From the NCBI GenBank assembly GCA_030390025.1, contig CM059432.1, forward strand, positions 106,766,001-106,830,000: 64,000 bases of DNA. Direction: 5' to 3'. The notes under the pieces were generated by a model that saw only the letters and a list, made by a program, of their open reading frames with translations, searched no databases and was not told where the DNA came from. Source of the DNA: Squalus acanthias. Taxonomy: Eukaryota. Positions 23,493-36,220 of the stretch are shown here, piece after piece (the first letter of the stretch is position 1; the number at the start of each line of letters is the position of its first letter). Made by a program: the position numbers and the translations under genes.

Positions 23493-24250
23493 GGGGAAAA
23501 ATTCGGTTGATTTGCGCCTCCCGTTAGCGCCCTAAGTAACGGGGCGCAAAGCAACTCGCGCCTGGGCGCGGCATCGCCAACGCCTCCCGTGAAATTCAGC
23601 GGGAGGTTAGCGGCGGCAGTAACCGTTAGAGCCCCGTGGCACTGCGCCTCCGGCGATGATGCCATTGCCGTGCGCAGTGCCCCGTTCGCGCCCTGGCTGC
23701 CATTTTCGGTAGCGCCCCCTGACTTACCGCCGGACGCTATGTCTGACAGGGTCGGGGGCGTACCTGGGCGGCGCAAATTAAAGGGGAGGTGCCGGGTGGC
23801 CATTTTTGTTGCTGGCCACCTGCCAGCACCTGCCCCTGTTGCTGTCCCCGGCCTTCTGTGCAGCCCCCACCCCGCCCTCTGTGAGCCAGGCACTCCTCTT
23901 GAGTGTCGGGCTCTTTTCCTGGCACTCCGATCCCTGGTGGCCCAGCTGGGCCCTGGGTCACGCTGTGCTAGGCCCCTCCCCTTTAATAAGGGGAGGAAGC
24001 CCTGCAGTACCGCGGCGCGACGTGCCGCAGAGCGTGGCGCTGCGGCACGTAGCGCCGTGATATTCACTCGCAGCACCCCAAGAGGGAGGCAGGGCGCTTC
24101 CAGTAGCGCCCCGTCTCCCTGTAGGGCGCCACCGGTGAATTTCGGGCGTGGGGGCGCTAATTTTCTCGGGGTACTAAAAGTAGCGCCCCAGCAAAGATAG
24201 CGCCCCAGCAAAGATAGTGCTCCAAAGGGGGCGCAACCCAATTTTTCCCC
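23493..24250. mobile_element. GC-rich MITE, TIR GGGGAAAAATT
   Basis: Perfect 11-bp TIRs, inserted in the CR1 3' end. An inverted homologue lies at 50524-51137. Confidence 0.85.
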
Positions 24251-27200
24251 GAGTGTTTCCGCTTCCACCACTTCCGTTGGCAGTGAGTTCCAGGTCCTCG
24301 CCACTCGCTGCGTAAAAAAGTATTTCCTCACATCCCCCTATATCTCTTGTCCAAAACCTTAAATCTGTGTCCCCACGTCCTTGTACCATCAACTAGTGGG
24401 AACAGCCTTTCCCCGTCTAGCCTATCCAAACCCGTTATAATCTTGCACACCTCTATCAAATCACCCCTCAACCTCCTTTGCGCTAATGAAAACAAATCCA
24501 GCTTCTCCAACCTGTGCTTGCAGCTAAGATCCCCCATCCCCAGAACCATTCTGGTAAATCTCCACTGCACTCTCTCAAGTGCCTTCACATCCTTCCTAAA
24601 GTGTGGTGACCAGAACTGGACGCAATGCTCCAGTTGTGGCCTAACCAGCGCTTTATAAAGGTTCAGCATAACTTCTCTACTTTTGTACTTAATACCTCTA
24701 TTTATGAAGCCCAAGATCCCATATGCTTTGCTAACCACTCTCTCAATATGTCCCGCCACCTTCAGGGACCTATGCATATTAACTCCCAGGTCCCTCTGTC
24801 CCTGCACACTCTTTAAAACTGTGCCAATTCCTTATCCAAGCTGCCACTGATCCACATATTCCATGAGCCTCAATTTTGTTAACCAGCCTTCTATGTGGTA
24901 CTTTGTCAAATGCCTTCCTAAAATCTATGTAGACAACATCCATTGCATTCCCTTCATCAATCCTCCCTGTTACTTCATCAAAAAATTCAATTAGATTAGT
25001 CAAACACGATCTGCCTTTTACAAATCCGTGTTGGCTCTCCTTAATTAGCTTAAACCTCTCCAAGTGCCCGTTAATTTTTTCCTTGATTATTGTTTCTAAA
25101 ACTTTACCCACCACTGATGTTAAACTGACCGGCCTGTAGTTACTAGGATTGTCCTTGCACCCTTTCTTGAACAATGGTGTCACATTTGCCACTTTCCAAT
25201 CCTTAGGCACCTCCCCCGCATCTAGGGAAGATTGGAAAATTATGGCAAGCCCTTCCGCTATCTCCTCCCCCAATTCCCTTAGCAACCCGGGATGCAAGCC
25301 ATCTGGACCAGGCGACTTATCCACTCTAAGCATACCCAGCCTTTCTAGTACATCCTGTCTATCAATTTTCACCCCTTCCATTGCTTCTACCTTTTCCACT
25401 TCTACCAATATTTTGTCAGCATCCACCTCCTTAGTAAACACCCATACAAAGTACTCATTGAGTATTCTAGCCTTGCCCTGCGCCTCTAAGCATATATCAC
25501 CTTCTTTGTCCCTAATAGGCCCCACCCCGCCTCTTACTACCCACTTACTGTTTACATGCCGGTAGAAGATTTTTGGGTTCCCTTTTATGTTAACCGCCAT
25601 TCTCCTCACATATTCTCTCTTTGCCAATCTTATTTTCATCTTCACTTCCCCTCTCAACTTATTGTATTTGGTCTGGTTCTCCCTTGAAGAATTCACCTGA
25701 CATTCATCATGCACCCTCTTTTTTTGTTTCATCATCTTCTCTATCTTCTTTATATCCAAGGAGCCCTTGCTTAGGTTCCCTTACCCTTCCCTCTTGTTGG
25801 AATGTACCTAGCCTGTACTTGGAACATCTCCGCCTTAAAGATCACCCATTGTTCCGTTACAGTTTTCCCTGTCAGTCTTTGGTTCCATTTTACCCTGGCT
25901 AGATCCTTTCACATCCCATTGAAGTTAGCCCTATTCCAGTTTAGAAGTTCCACTCGAGATTGTTCCTTGCTCCTCTCCATTGCTAATCTAAATCTTATGA
26001 TACGATGATCACTCGTACCCAAGTGTTCTCCCACAGACACTTGGTCGACCTGGCCCACCTCATTCCCCAGCACCAGATCCAGCAATGCCTCCTTCCTAGT
26101 TTGGCCAAGTACATACTGGTCAAGGAAATTCTCCTGAACACATTTCAGAAATTTCTCCCCCTCCTTTCCCATTATCCCAATCGATATTTGGGTAATTAAA
26201 GTCCCCCAATATTACCACTCTATAGCTCTTGCATATCTCTGCGATTTCCCTGCAGATTTGCTCCTCTACCTCCCTTTCACTATTTGGAGGCCTATAGAAT
26301 ACCCCCATAGCGTGATCATACCCTTTTTGCTCCTCAACTCTAACCAAATGGATACTGTCCTTGTCCCCTCAAGAACATCCTCCCTTACACTACAATGTCT
26401 TCCTTAATCAGCACTGCCACCCCACCTCTCTTTTTTCCTTCCCTATCTTTTCTGAACACCTTGTACCCTTGAATATTAAGTGCCCAGTCCTCACCGCTTT
26501 TAAGCCACGTTTCCATTATTGCCACAACATCATATTGCCACACGGCTAATTGTGCTTGTAGCTCACCAACCTTATTCACCACACTGTGCGTTTACATACA
26601 TGCATTCTAAACCCATTTTTGAATTTTTCATAGTCTTTCTTAGTCTGCTCCTATCTAATATGGTACTACTTCCGCCTCTAGTACTACTTTCTTCTCTAGT
26701 ACTATCCAACACACTCACTCTTTTATGCACCTTATTCCTCTTTTCTACTCCTATATGCTGGTGCCCACCCCCCCTGCCAAGCTAGTTTAAACCCTCCCCA
26801 ACAGCACTAGCAAACCTCCCCACGAGGATATTGGTCCTGGCTCTGTTGAGGTGTAATCCGTCCGATTGTACAGGTCCCACCTTTCCCAGAAATGGTCCCA
26901 ATGCCTCAGGAATCTAAAGCCCTCCCTCCTGCACCATCTCTCCAGCCCACATTCATCTGTTCTATCCTCCTATTCCTGTACTCACTAGCACGTGGCACCG
27001 GGAGTAATTCGGAGATTACTACCTTTGAGGTCCTGCTTTTTAATCTCTTTCCTAGCTCCCTATAGTCTGCCTGCCGGACCTCATCCCTTTTTCTGCCTAT
27101 GTCATAGGTACCGATATGGACAAGGACCTCTGGCTGTTCACCATCCCCCCTCAGAGTGCCCTGCAGCCGCTCAGTGACATCCTTGACCCTGGCACCAGGG

Positions 27201-27585
27201 AGGCAACATACCATCCTGGAGTCATGTCTGCGTCCACAGAAACGCCTATCTGTTCCCCTAACCAATGAATCCCCTACCACTATTGCTCTTCCACTCTTCA
27301 TCCTCACCCCCCCGTGCAGCTGAGCCAACCATGGTGCCGTGGCCTTGGCTCTGGCTGCTCTCTCCAGAGGAGCCATCACCCCCACCAGTTTCCAGAACTG
27401 TGAACCGGTTAGCGAGCGAGATGCACTCTGGGGATTCCTGCCCGACCTGCCTGGTCCTCCTTCTCTGTCTGGTGGTCACCCATTTCCTCTCTGCCTGCAC
27501 ATTCTGAGGCTGCGGGGTAACCACTTCTAGAAACGTGCTTTCCAAGTATTTCTCAGCCTCGCGGATGCACTGTAGTGACTCCAGC

Positions 27586-30045
27586 TTTTTTTTTATTCGT
27601 TTATGGGATGTGGGCGTCACTGGCAAGGCCAGCATTTATTGCCCATCCCTAATTGCCCTTGAGAAGGTGGCGGTGAGCCGCCGCCTTAAACCGCTGCAGT
27701 CCATGTGGTGAAAGTACTCCCACAGTGCTGTTAGGTAGGGAGTTCCAGGATTTTGATCCAGCGACGATGAAGGATAGGTGATATACTTCTAAGTCAGGAT
27801 GGTGTGTGACTTGGAGGGGAACTTGCAGGTGGTGGTGTTCCCATGCGCCTGCTACCCTTGTCCTTCTAGGTGGTAGAGGTCGCGGGTGTGGGAGGTGCTG
27901 TTGAAGAAGCCTTGGCGAGTTGCTGCAGTGCATCTTATAGTTGGTACACACTGCAGCCATGGTACGCCGGTAGTGGAGGGAGTGAATATTTAAGGTGGTG
28001 GATGGGGTGCCAATCAAGCGGGCTGCTTTGTCCTGGATGATGTCGAACTTCTTGAGTGTTGTTGGACTTGCACGCATCCAAGCAAGTGGAGAGTATTCCA
28101 TCACACTCCTTACTTGTGCCTTGTAGAAGGTGGAAAGGCTTTGGGGAGTCAGGAGGTGAGACACTCGCTGCAGAATACCTAGCCTCTGACCTGCTCTTGT
28201 TGTCACAGTATTTATGTGGCTGGTCCAGTTAAGTTTCTTGTCAATGGAGACCCCCAGGATGTTGATGGTGGGGGATTTGGCGATGGTAATGCCGTTGAAT
28301 GTGAAGGGGAGGTAGTTAGATTCTCGCTTGTTGGAGATAGTTATTGCCTGGCACTTCTGTGGCGCGAATGTTACCTGCCACTTATCAGCACAAGCCTGAA
28401 CGTCGTCCAGGTCTTGTTGCATGCGGGCATGGGCAGCTTCATTCTCTGAGGAGTTGTGAATGGCGCTGAACACTGTGCAGTCATCAGCGAACATCCCCAT
28501 TTCTGATCTTATGTTGGAGGGAAGGTCATTGATGAAGCAGCTGAAGATGGTTGGGCCTAGAACACTGCCCTTAGGAAATCCTGCAGCGATGTCCTGGGGC
28601 TGTGATGATTGACCTTCAACCACCACAACCATCTTCCTTTGTGCTAAGTATAACTCCAGCCAGTGGACCGTTTTCCCCCCGATTCCCATTGACTTCAGTT
28701 TTACGAGGGCTCCTTGATGCCACACTTGGTCAAATGCTGCCTTGATGTCAAGGGCAGTCACTCTCATCTCACTTCTGGAATTCAGCTCCTTTGTCCATGT
28801 TTGGACCAAGGCTGTAATGAGGTCGGGAGCTGAGTGGTCTTGGCGGAACCCAAACTGGGCATCAGTGAGCAGGTTATTGGTGAGTAAGTGCCGCTTGATA
28901 GCACTGTCGATGACACCTTCCATCACTTTGCTGATGTTTGAGAGTAGACTGATGGGGCGGTAATTGATCGGATTGGATTTGTCCTGGTTTTTGTGGACAG
29001 GACATACTGGGCAGTTTTCCACATTGTCTGATAGATGCCAGTGTTGTAGCTGTACTGGAACAGCTTGGCTAGAGGCGCGGCTAGTTCTGGAGCACAAGTC
29101 TTCAGCACGATAGCCGGAATGTTGTTGGGGCCCATAGCCTTTGCTGTATCTAGTGTGCTCAGCCGTTTCTTGCTATCACGTAGAGTGAATCGAATTAGCT
29201 GCAGACTGGCTTCTGTGATAGTGGGGACCTCAGGAGGAGGCCGATATGGATCGTCCACTCGGCACTTCTGGCTGAAGATGGTTGCAAACGCTTCAGCCTT
29301 GTCTTTTGCACTCACGTGCTGGGCTCCACCATCATTGAGGATGGGGATATTCATGGACCCCCTCCTCCCATTAGTTGTTTAATGGTCCACCACCATTCAC
29401 GACTGGATGTGGCAGGACTGCAGAGCTTTGATCTGATCCGTTGATTGTGGCATCGCTTAGCCCCGTCTATAGCATGCTGCTTCTGCTTTTTAGCATGCAT
29501 GTAGTCCTGTGTTGCAGCTTCCCTAGGTTGGCACCTCATTTTTAGGTACGGCTGGTGCTGCTCCTGGCATGCTCTTCTCTTCTCCTTATTGAACCAGGGT
29601 TGGTCCCCTGGCTTGATGGTAATGGTAGAGTGAGGGATATGCCGGGCCATGAGGTTACAGATTGTGGTGTAATACAATTCTGCTGCTGCTGATGGCCCAC
29701 AGCGCCTCATGGATGCCCAGTTTTGAGCTGCTAGATCTGTTCTGAATCTATTCCATTTAGCACGGTGGTAGTGCCACACAACAAGTTGGAGGGTGTCCTC
29801 AATGTGAAGATGGGACTTCGTCTCCACAATGACTGTGCGGTGGTCACTGCTACCAATACTGTCATGGACAGATGCATCTGCGACAGGTAGATTGGTGAGG
29901 TCAAGTAGATTTTTCTCTCGTGTTGGTTCTCTCACCACCTGTCGCAAGCCCAGATTGGCAGCTATGTCCTTCAGGACTCGGTGCTGATGTTGAAGTTGAA
30001 GTCCCCCACCCAGCGTGCATTCTGTGCCCTTGCTACTCTCAGTGC
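27586..30045 (-). mobile_element. LINE family X, longer copy (part of APE plus RT), inserted in CR1 ORF1
   Basis: 482-aa RT ORF 27649..29097, APE remnant (LLDL..SSDH), poly-A end. The host rejoins as ctccagc|tgccagtcaagctcc. Confidence 0.92.
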
Positions 30046-31067
30046 TGCCAGTCAAGCTCCAAAACCCGGAGCTCGAGTTGCTGCAGTTGGCGACACTTCC
30101 TGCACACGTGGTCGTCCAGGCCGCAAGAAGCGTCCAGGATTTCCCACATGGCACATGTTTGGATGTTAAATTGAGGCCCTGTCTGCCCTCTTGGATAGAT
30201 GTAAAAGATACCATGGCACTATTTGAAGAAGAACAGGAAAGTTCTCCTGGTGTCCTGGTCAGAATTTATCCTTCAACCAACACCACCAGAACAGATTATC
30301 TCATCATTGATCTCGTTGTTGTGGGGCCTTGCTGTTTGCAAATTGGCTGTTGTGCTTGCTACATTACAACAGTGACTACACTTCAAAAGTACTTTTATTG
30401 GCTGTAAAACGCTTTGGGATGTCCTGAGTTTGTGAAAGGTGCTATACAAATGCAAATCTATTTTTCTTTTACTGGCAGCTGGTTCCTCCCTCTCACCCCA
30501 CCCCACCCCACCTGACTTGGCTTCATATAACCCTGTAAATCATTGCTGCAATAGGTAAGGTTCTCTTAGCTGCACATGTAGCGGGAAGCATACCAGTATC
30601 TGTGCTGGAAATCTATGTGGCTTTAGCTGGTTTAACTCCAGCATGATACCTACACGCACTTGGGTTCCTTAGCTTCGGCCTTGCCAATCAGTGCCTAAGT
30701 TCTGTGGGGTGTGTCCCTATGAGCACAGTCCATATCAGGTACTTGAAACCTTCATATGTGGCTTTCTCACTACAGGAAACTTTCGTTTATCCGGCATCGA
30801 CGGGACCGGCGTGGTGCCGGTTTATCGAAAGTACCGGATAACGGAGAGTTATATCTACCGAGGCTATTTTTAACCTAAAAAAATCAAGAAATGTGCAGTA
30901 TACAGTATTTGGGTACTCACCTACAGAATGTTGTGTTAAATGGATAGTGGAAGATGCTTGATTAAGTACAGTACTGCCAGTTGAGGGTAATCCATAACTC
31001 TTTAATTACTTAACAGTAAAACAAAACTTATAAACGACTGTCTACAGTACTGTAGTTGACTGTACAC

Positions 31068-32840
31068 TTATTCCGAGTCATCTGGTTCATCAGAAATATC
31101 CGTATCCGTGCCAGCTGGGTCATCAGGACCACGCAGTTCCACCGATGCCACAGATTCTTCAGGCACTTCCGCTGCTGCGACTCTTTTGGAAGCTTTCTTA
31201 AACATGTTGCGGATGTCGGTTTGCTTAGTGGACTCTTGCCTTTTCTGTAGAAAGGTGGAATGCAGAATATGGAGTTGCATAACTTCTTGTGCAGCGTAGC
31301 AATTCTGCCTTTCAGCAAATTTGAGGATTGTAGAAAATCCTTCTGCAGCTTTAGCCCAAGAAATCTTCTCTTCTTCAGAAATCTCATCCTCTTCACTTTT
31401 TCCATCTCGCTTTCCTTTTCTTTCTTTGGATTCAAAACATTCTGAATTATTTCATCATCACTTAGCATATGCACAACACCAACTTTTCTATCTGCATCAA
31501 CCCACTGCTCGATATCACTTTCACTGAGGTGACGTAGAGGGTTTGCTGGGCCTGCATTTTTCACCATTCCAGCCATTTCCATTATTGTACTCTTCTTGGG
31601 ACGAACACTGAACCCATGAAATTCCTCCTCTGAAGAAGAACCTTCAGCAAACATTACAGAAGGCCACAATTTGTGCCAGGCTTGCCTCAGAGTGTGACCT
31701 TTCACCAATTTCCAGGAACATGCAACATTATAGATGGCATCTTTAATATTGTATTCCTTCTGCAAATCTTGAATATTCTCATCTTGGCTTAGCAGTTTAC
31801 GTAGGAAGTCTTTCTTGTAATGACACTTCAGATTTTGGATAACGCCCTGGTCCATGGGTTGGATGAGAGAAGTTACATTTGGTGGCAAATAAATGGTGAA
31901 AATATTTCCCGAAACCAACTCTGATTCATGCGGATGGGCTCTGCAATTATCAAGCAATAAAATGCATTTGCTATCTTCAGGTTTCCCTATTTTACGGAAA
32001 TGTTCCCTCACAGATGGAACAAAAATATGATGGAACCAATCGGAGAAGATTTCCTTATCCATCCAAGCATTTTTTTGAGCTTTGTACTCAACAGGTAAGT
32101 GCCTCACATTTTTAAATGCACGGGGATTTTTATACTTCCCGATAACAAGAAGTTTAGCCCGGTGTGATCCAGCGGCGTTCGCACATGTTAGCACGGTTAC
32201 ACGATCTTTATTTTTCTTGTAACCTGAAGCATTAGCCTCACTAGCCCCAGCAAGCGTTGATTCTGGCAAAAACCTCAAACAAGCCAGTTTCATCGGCATT
32301 GTAGATCTGTGCTGGCGACAAATCATGTTGCTGCACAATCCGATTGAAATAATCGCAGTATTCTTCTGCGGCTTCGTGATCAGCTGATTTCTTCTCCCCG
32401 GAAATATCGAGTCGTCGTATCCCGTGCCGTAACTTGAAGCACGTTAGCCATCCCTCGGAGAAAGCACACTTGTCAGTGAGCTCCATCCTATCGTAGAATT
32501 CCTTCGCTTTCTCGATGAGCATGGGTCCGGAAATTGGAACACCCTCTGAACGCTTAAGAGAAAACCATTCATAAAGCACGGTATCCAGCTCTTCAAGCTT
32601 AGGCTTACGAACCGTACGCCGTTTCTCTACACTCTTGCATGTCTCCGAGCTTGAATAAAACTTGAGCAGCTTATCCTTCTGCGATTTGATGTCATAGATT
32701 GTTGACGAACCGATTTTGAATTCATTCATAATGTTGATACGCTTCTCTCCCCTTTCTAGTCGTTGGCATATCTCGATTTTCTGTTTTAAAGTTAAGACCA
32801 CTCTCTTCCTTTTGCTTGGACCAGCTTTTGGGAATTCCAT
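31068..32840 (-). pseudogene. Tigger transposase (HTH_psq/CENP-B HTH plus DD32D catalytic domain), two frameshifts
   Basis: [37 protein letters not shown] and QPMDQGVI motifs. Frameshifts near 32278 and near 31405. Confidence 0.9.
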
Positions 32841-32879
32841 AATGCAAGATGGAGGAGATAATTGCCGATGAAGATGGAA

Positions 32880-33080
32880 AGACACACAGAACAATGGTGG
32901 CGAGGAAGAGACTACCAGCAGCGTGGCAGACACACAGTAAAATGGTGTATCAGAAGAGACTACAGTACCAGCAGCGTGGGAGATACACAGCAAAATGGTG
33001 GATCAGAAGAGACTACCAGCATCGTGGGAGACATCCAGCAAAATGGCCGCTCCGAAGAGACTCCAGGCAGCGCGGGAGAA
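32880..33080. repeat. About 4 copies of a ~47-bp tandem repeat in the Tigger 5' region
   Basis: Unit approx. AGACACACAGCAAAATGGTGGATCAGAAGAGACTACCAGCAGCGTGGG. Confidence 0.85.
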
Positions 33081-33169
33081 TCTACTCATGCTACTGCAAT
33101 GTTTCGGACTTGCGACAGCACCAGGAGGCCGAGTAGTGGCACTTTTGAAAAGTACCCCTACTGACTAAA

Positions 33170-33306
33170 TCGGCGTTCGCGGACTCGGACTCTGACTCGG
33201 GATCGGCAACATTGCCGGTTATTTGAGAGGAGTTTTCGGAGCACTCGGCGTTCGCGGAGACTCGACTGCGACTCGGCAACATTGCCGGTTATTTGAGAGG
33301 AGTTTT
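33170..33306. repeat. Two-copy ~65-75-bp tandem repeat in the Tigger subterminal region
   Basis: CGGCGTTCGCGGA...TCGGCAACATTGCCGGTTATTTGAGAGGAGTTTT occurs twice. Confidence 0.85.
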
Positions 33307-33784
33307 TGGGGGATGATTTTTGCCGGTTATGCGAGAATTCCGGATATTTGGGTGCTGGATAAACGAAAGTTTCCTGTATTTGGATTTGGCAACTCTTAAG
33401 CAGGTTGCTGAATTAAAATGAAATTATTTTGTTCATTGCCAGTATTTCACAATAGTCAGTTGTTTGAATGTGGCATTAAAGAAGTTTTATTCTTTTCCTA
33501 TTCTGTTGTTACCTTCATACACAAGTGTAAGTACTGCTGCAAGTTCCAATGGACTTTTTTTGTCTTAGATGGTCATTCTTGGGGCTTGCTGTGTTTGCCA
33601 TCAAAACGTGACTTGGCTTCCTATCCTGTCTGCTTCGGTGTCTGGTTTTCAGTTTTTTCTATGTGGTGGAACCTATGCAAATACTGACACTCTCAGTAAG
33701 CTTTTTTCCAAATATCTTAAAGACCATATCAGCTACGCAAAAAAAAAATAGTATCTTTGGAGAAAATGCTTTTTATTAAGTTCC

Positions 33785-34215
33785 AGCTGGGCACAGTTGT
33801 AGCATTCTGGCCTAAGTCAGAAGGTCATGGATTCAAGCCGCATTGGAGAAGTTAAGCGCATAATCTACGCTGGCAATTCAGTGCATTACTGAGGGAGTGC
33901 TGCACTGTCGCAGGTGCATTTTCTTTGGATGAGAGATTAAAACAAAGCCTCATCTGCCTGTTCAGGTGGATGTCAGTGATCAGGGGAAGAAAAGTGGGAG
34001 AGTTCTTTCAGTGTCCTGGCCAACATTTAACCCTCAACCAACACCACCAAAACAGATCATCTGGTCATTTATATCTACTGTTTGTGGGACTTTGCCGTGC
34101 GCAAATATGCTTCTGCGTTTGCTCACATAACAGTGACTATGCCTCAAAAGTAGTTAATTGGCTGTGAAGCACTTTGAGGACGTGATAGGCACCATAAAAA
34201 TGAAAGTTCTTTCTT
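33785..34215 (+). mobile_element. Older full-length Deu-SINE
   Basis: Colinear with the 16066 copy but more diverged. Confidence 0.75.
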
Positions 34216-35251
34216 TATTAATAAATAGCAACAAAGTTTGCAATCCTTGCCCCTATCAAAAGCTGTGGGACTGATCTTCAGTAGAGACAAGTGATCTAGT
34301 TTAGTAGCTCCAGGAAAAAGTCAGCAGCCTACCTTGGCACAGACATCAACCACATGCTTTGTAGCAGCAGGTTCCAAGCATACTTCACATTAAAGTTGTA
34401 AAGGGTAGATATTTTACATAGATGCTGTAAAGCTGCTTGGAATCAAGATCAAGAGGCAGTAAGAATAAATCAAGGAATTGTTGGCTTAGACCCAATAGTT
34501 CCAATGTTGTATTTTAATTTTATCAGTTCCAAGTCCCACTGCTCAGTGAATGTTGTTACCAAGAGCCGTCTTCAGCTATGGGATGTGAAAAGTTGTGCAC
34601 TTCAGAGAATATACCTGAGCTGTATTTTTGAGTGTCCATTGCCCTCCTCTTCTCATATTTCTTCCTGTTGTAGTTAACTTTACCTAAGCAATTCATGCTC
34701 TTTGTAATTCCAAGGACACAACCACAAGTATTTGGGTTGGGGTGGAAAATTTCACTGATAGGATTTTGCTCTGCTCAAAGGAAATATGGTTGGTGACTTT
34801 TTGTCCATGAATGTGTCGACTAAGAAGCTTGGAGCATGCATACTCCGCATTTTTTTTAATAAGTATCTTCTCTGTCAACAGCAATGCAGAACTAGTACAG
34901 CAAGAGCTTTCATTCCGATTGTCTGAGCCTAAACATTTACACACTGTTGAATTTGAGGTCCATCATGAAATAGCTCAAATTGATCCAAATCAGCCCTACT
35001 CGGAGGGTTTTAAATGGAGGTCTGCTTGGCCATTGTTCAAATTAGACGTAAAAGTGGTTTAGATTCGTGACTACTAATGTGGTGAAAGTTTTGAGTGCGC
35101 TTCAAGGTGGTGACTCACTGATTTCTGCCTGTTGATATCTGTGTTGGTAGTCATTTTAGGATTTTCTATGCCATTCCCAATAATTTGTGGTATGGAACCA
35201 AGTCAAACTTCTCTTGCACTGGTTTAATTAGATCACAATTTTAGGCTACTG

Positions 35252-36220
35252 GAGTTCCTCAGGGCAGTGTCCTAGGCCCAACCATCTTCAGCTGCTTCAT
35301 CAATGGCTTTCCCCCCATCATAAGGTCAGAAGTGGGGATGTTCACTGATGATTGCACACTGTTCAGTTCCATTTGCAACTCCTCATAATGAAGCAGTCCG
35401 TGCCCACATGCAGCAAGTCCTGGACAACATTCAGGCTTGGGCTGATAAGTGGCAAGTAACATTCACGCCACGCAAGTGCCAGGTAATGACTATCTCCAAT
35501 AAGCGAGAGTCTAATCACCACCCCATGACATTCAATGGCATTACCATCGCCGAATCCCCCAGCATCAACATCCTGGGGGTCACCATTGACTAGAACCTTA
35601 ACTGGACCAACCACATAAATACTGTGGCTACAAGAGCAGATCAGAGGCTGGGTACTCTGTGGCGAGTGACTCGCCTCCTGACACCCCAAAGCCTTTCCAC
35701 CATCTACAAGACACAAGTCAGGAGTATGATGAAATCATCTCCACTTGCCTGGATGAGTGCAGCTCCAACAACACTCAAGAAGCTCGACACCATCCAGGAC
35801 AAAGCAGCCCGCTTGATTGGCACCCCATCCACCACCATAAACATTCACTCCCTCCACCACAGGCGCACAGTGGCTGCAGTGTGTAGATGCACTGCAGCAA
35901 CTCGCCAAGGCTTCTTTGACAGCACCTCCCAAACCCGTGACCTGTACTGCCTAGAAGGACAAGGGCAGCAAGCAGGCGCATGGGAACACCACCACCTCCA
36001 AGTTCCCCTCCAAGTCTCACACCATTCTGACTTGGAAATATATCGCTGTTCCTTCATCGTCGCTGGGTCAAAATCTTGGAACTCCATACTTAACAGCACT
36101 GTGGGCGTACCTTCACCACACGGACTGCAGCGATTCAAGAAGGCGGCTCACCACCACCTTCTCAAGAGCAATTAGGGATGGGCAATAAACGCCCACATCC
36201 TGAGAATGAATTTTAAAAAA
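35252..36220 (+). mobile_element. LINE family X 3' fragment
   Basis: [10 protein letters not shown] through the tail gcccacatcctgagaatgaa. Inverted relative to the copies at 17044 and 27586. Confidence 0.9.

Larger units (their letters stand above)
23341..30156 (-). mobile_element. Near full-length CR1: ORF1 (Zn-finger/coiled coil plus SGNH esterase) and ORF2 (APE + RT), disrupted; pieces 23341-23492, 24251-27585, 30046-30156
   Basis: ORF1 esterase motifs IVVGDSLVRG and VHIGTYD; APE motifs ETWL, GDFNYP and SDH; RT motifs. Internal RT deletion near 24815. Confidence 0.9.
23200..30470 (+). mobile_element. Deu-SINE split into a head (23200-23340) and a body/tail (30157-30470) by nested insertions
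   Basis: The head ends gcactgttagaagtgctgtc and the body resumes tttggatgttaaattgaggccc, exactly the continuation seen in intact copies. Confidence 0.8.
30773..33376 (-). mobile_element. Full-length Tigger/pogo (Tc1-mariner superfamily) DNA transposon
   Basis: TA TSD at 30771-30772 and 33377-33378. 24-bp TIR CAGGAAACTTTCGTTTATCC(G/A)GCA (23/24 match). Confidence 0.95.

Noticed and set aside
23468..24331. Long ORFs (287 aa and 203 aa, and 195 aa at 50345) as novel proteins
   Set aside because: They are stop-poor GC-rich MITE sequence, open on both strands with Ala/Arg/Gly/Pro bias, and the frames are not preserved between copies.
31068..32840. TIGD/JRK-like host gene, or programmed frameshifting
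   Set aside because: TIRs and the TA TSD are intact, and the shifts look like small indels (the expected conserved Trp after DETGLF is lost) without clear slippery sites.
32880..33306. CRISPR-like array
   Set aside because: The repeats are head-to-tail without unique spacers, lie inside a eukaryotic transposon, and there are no cas genes.
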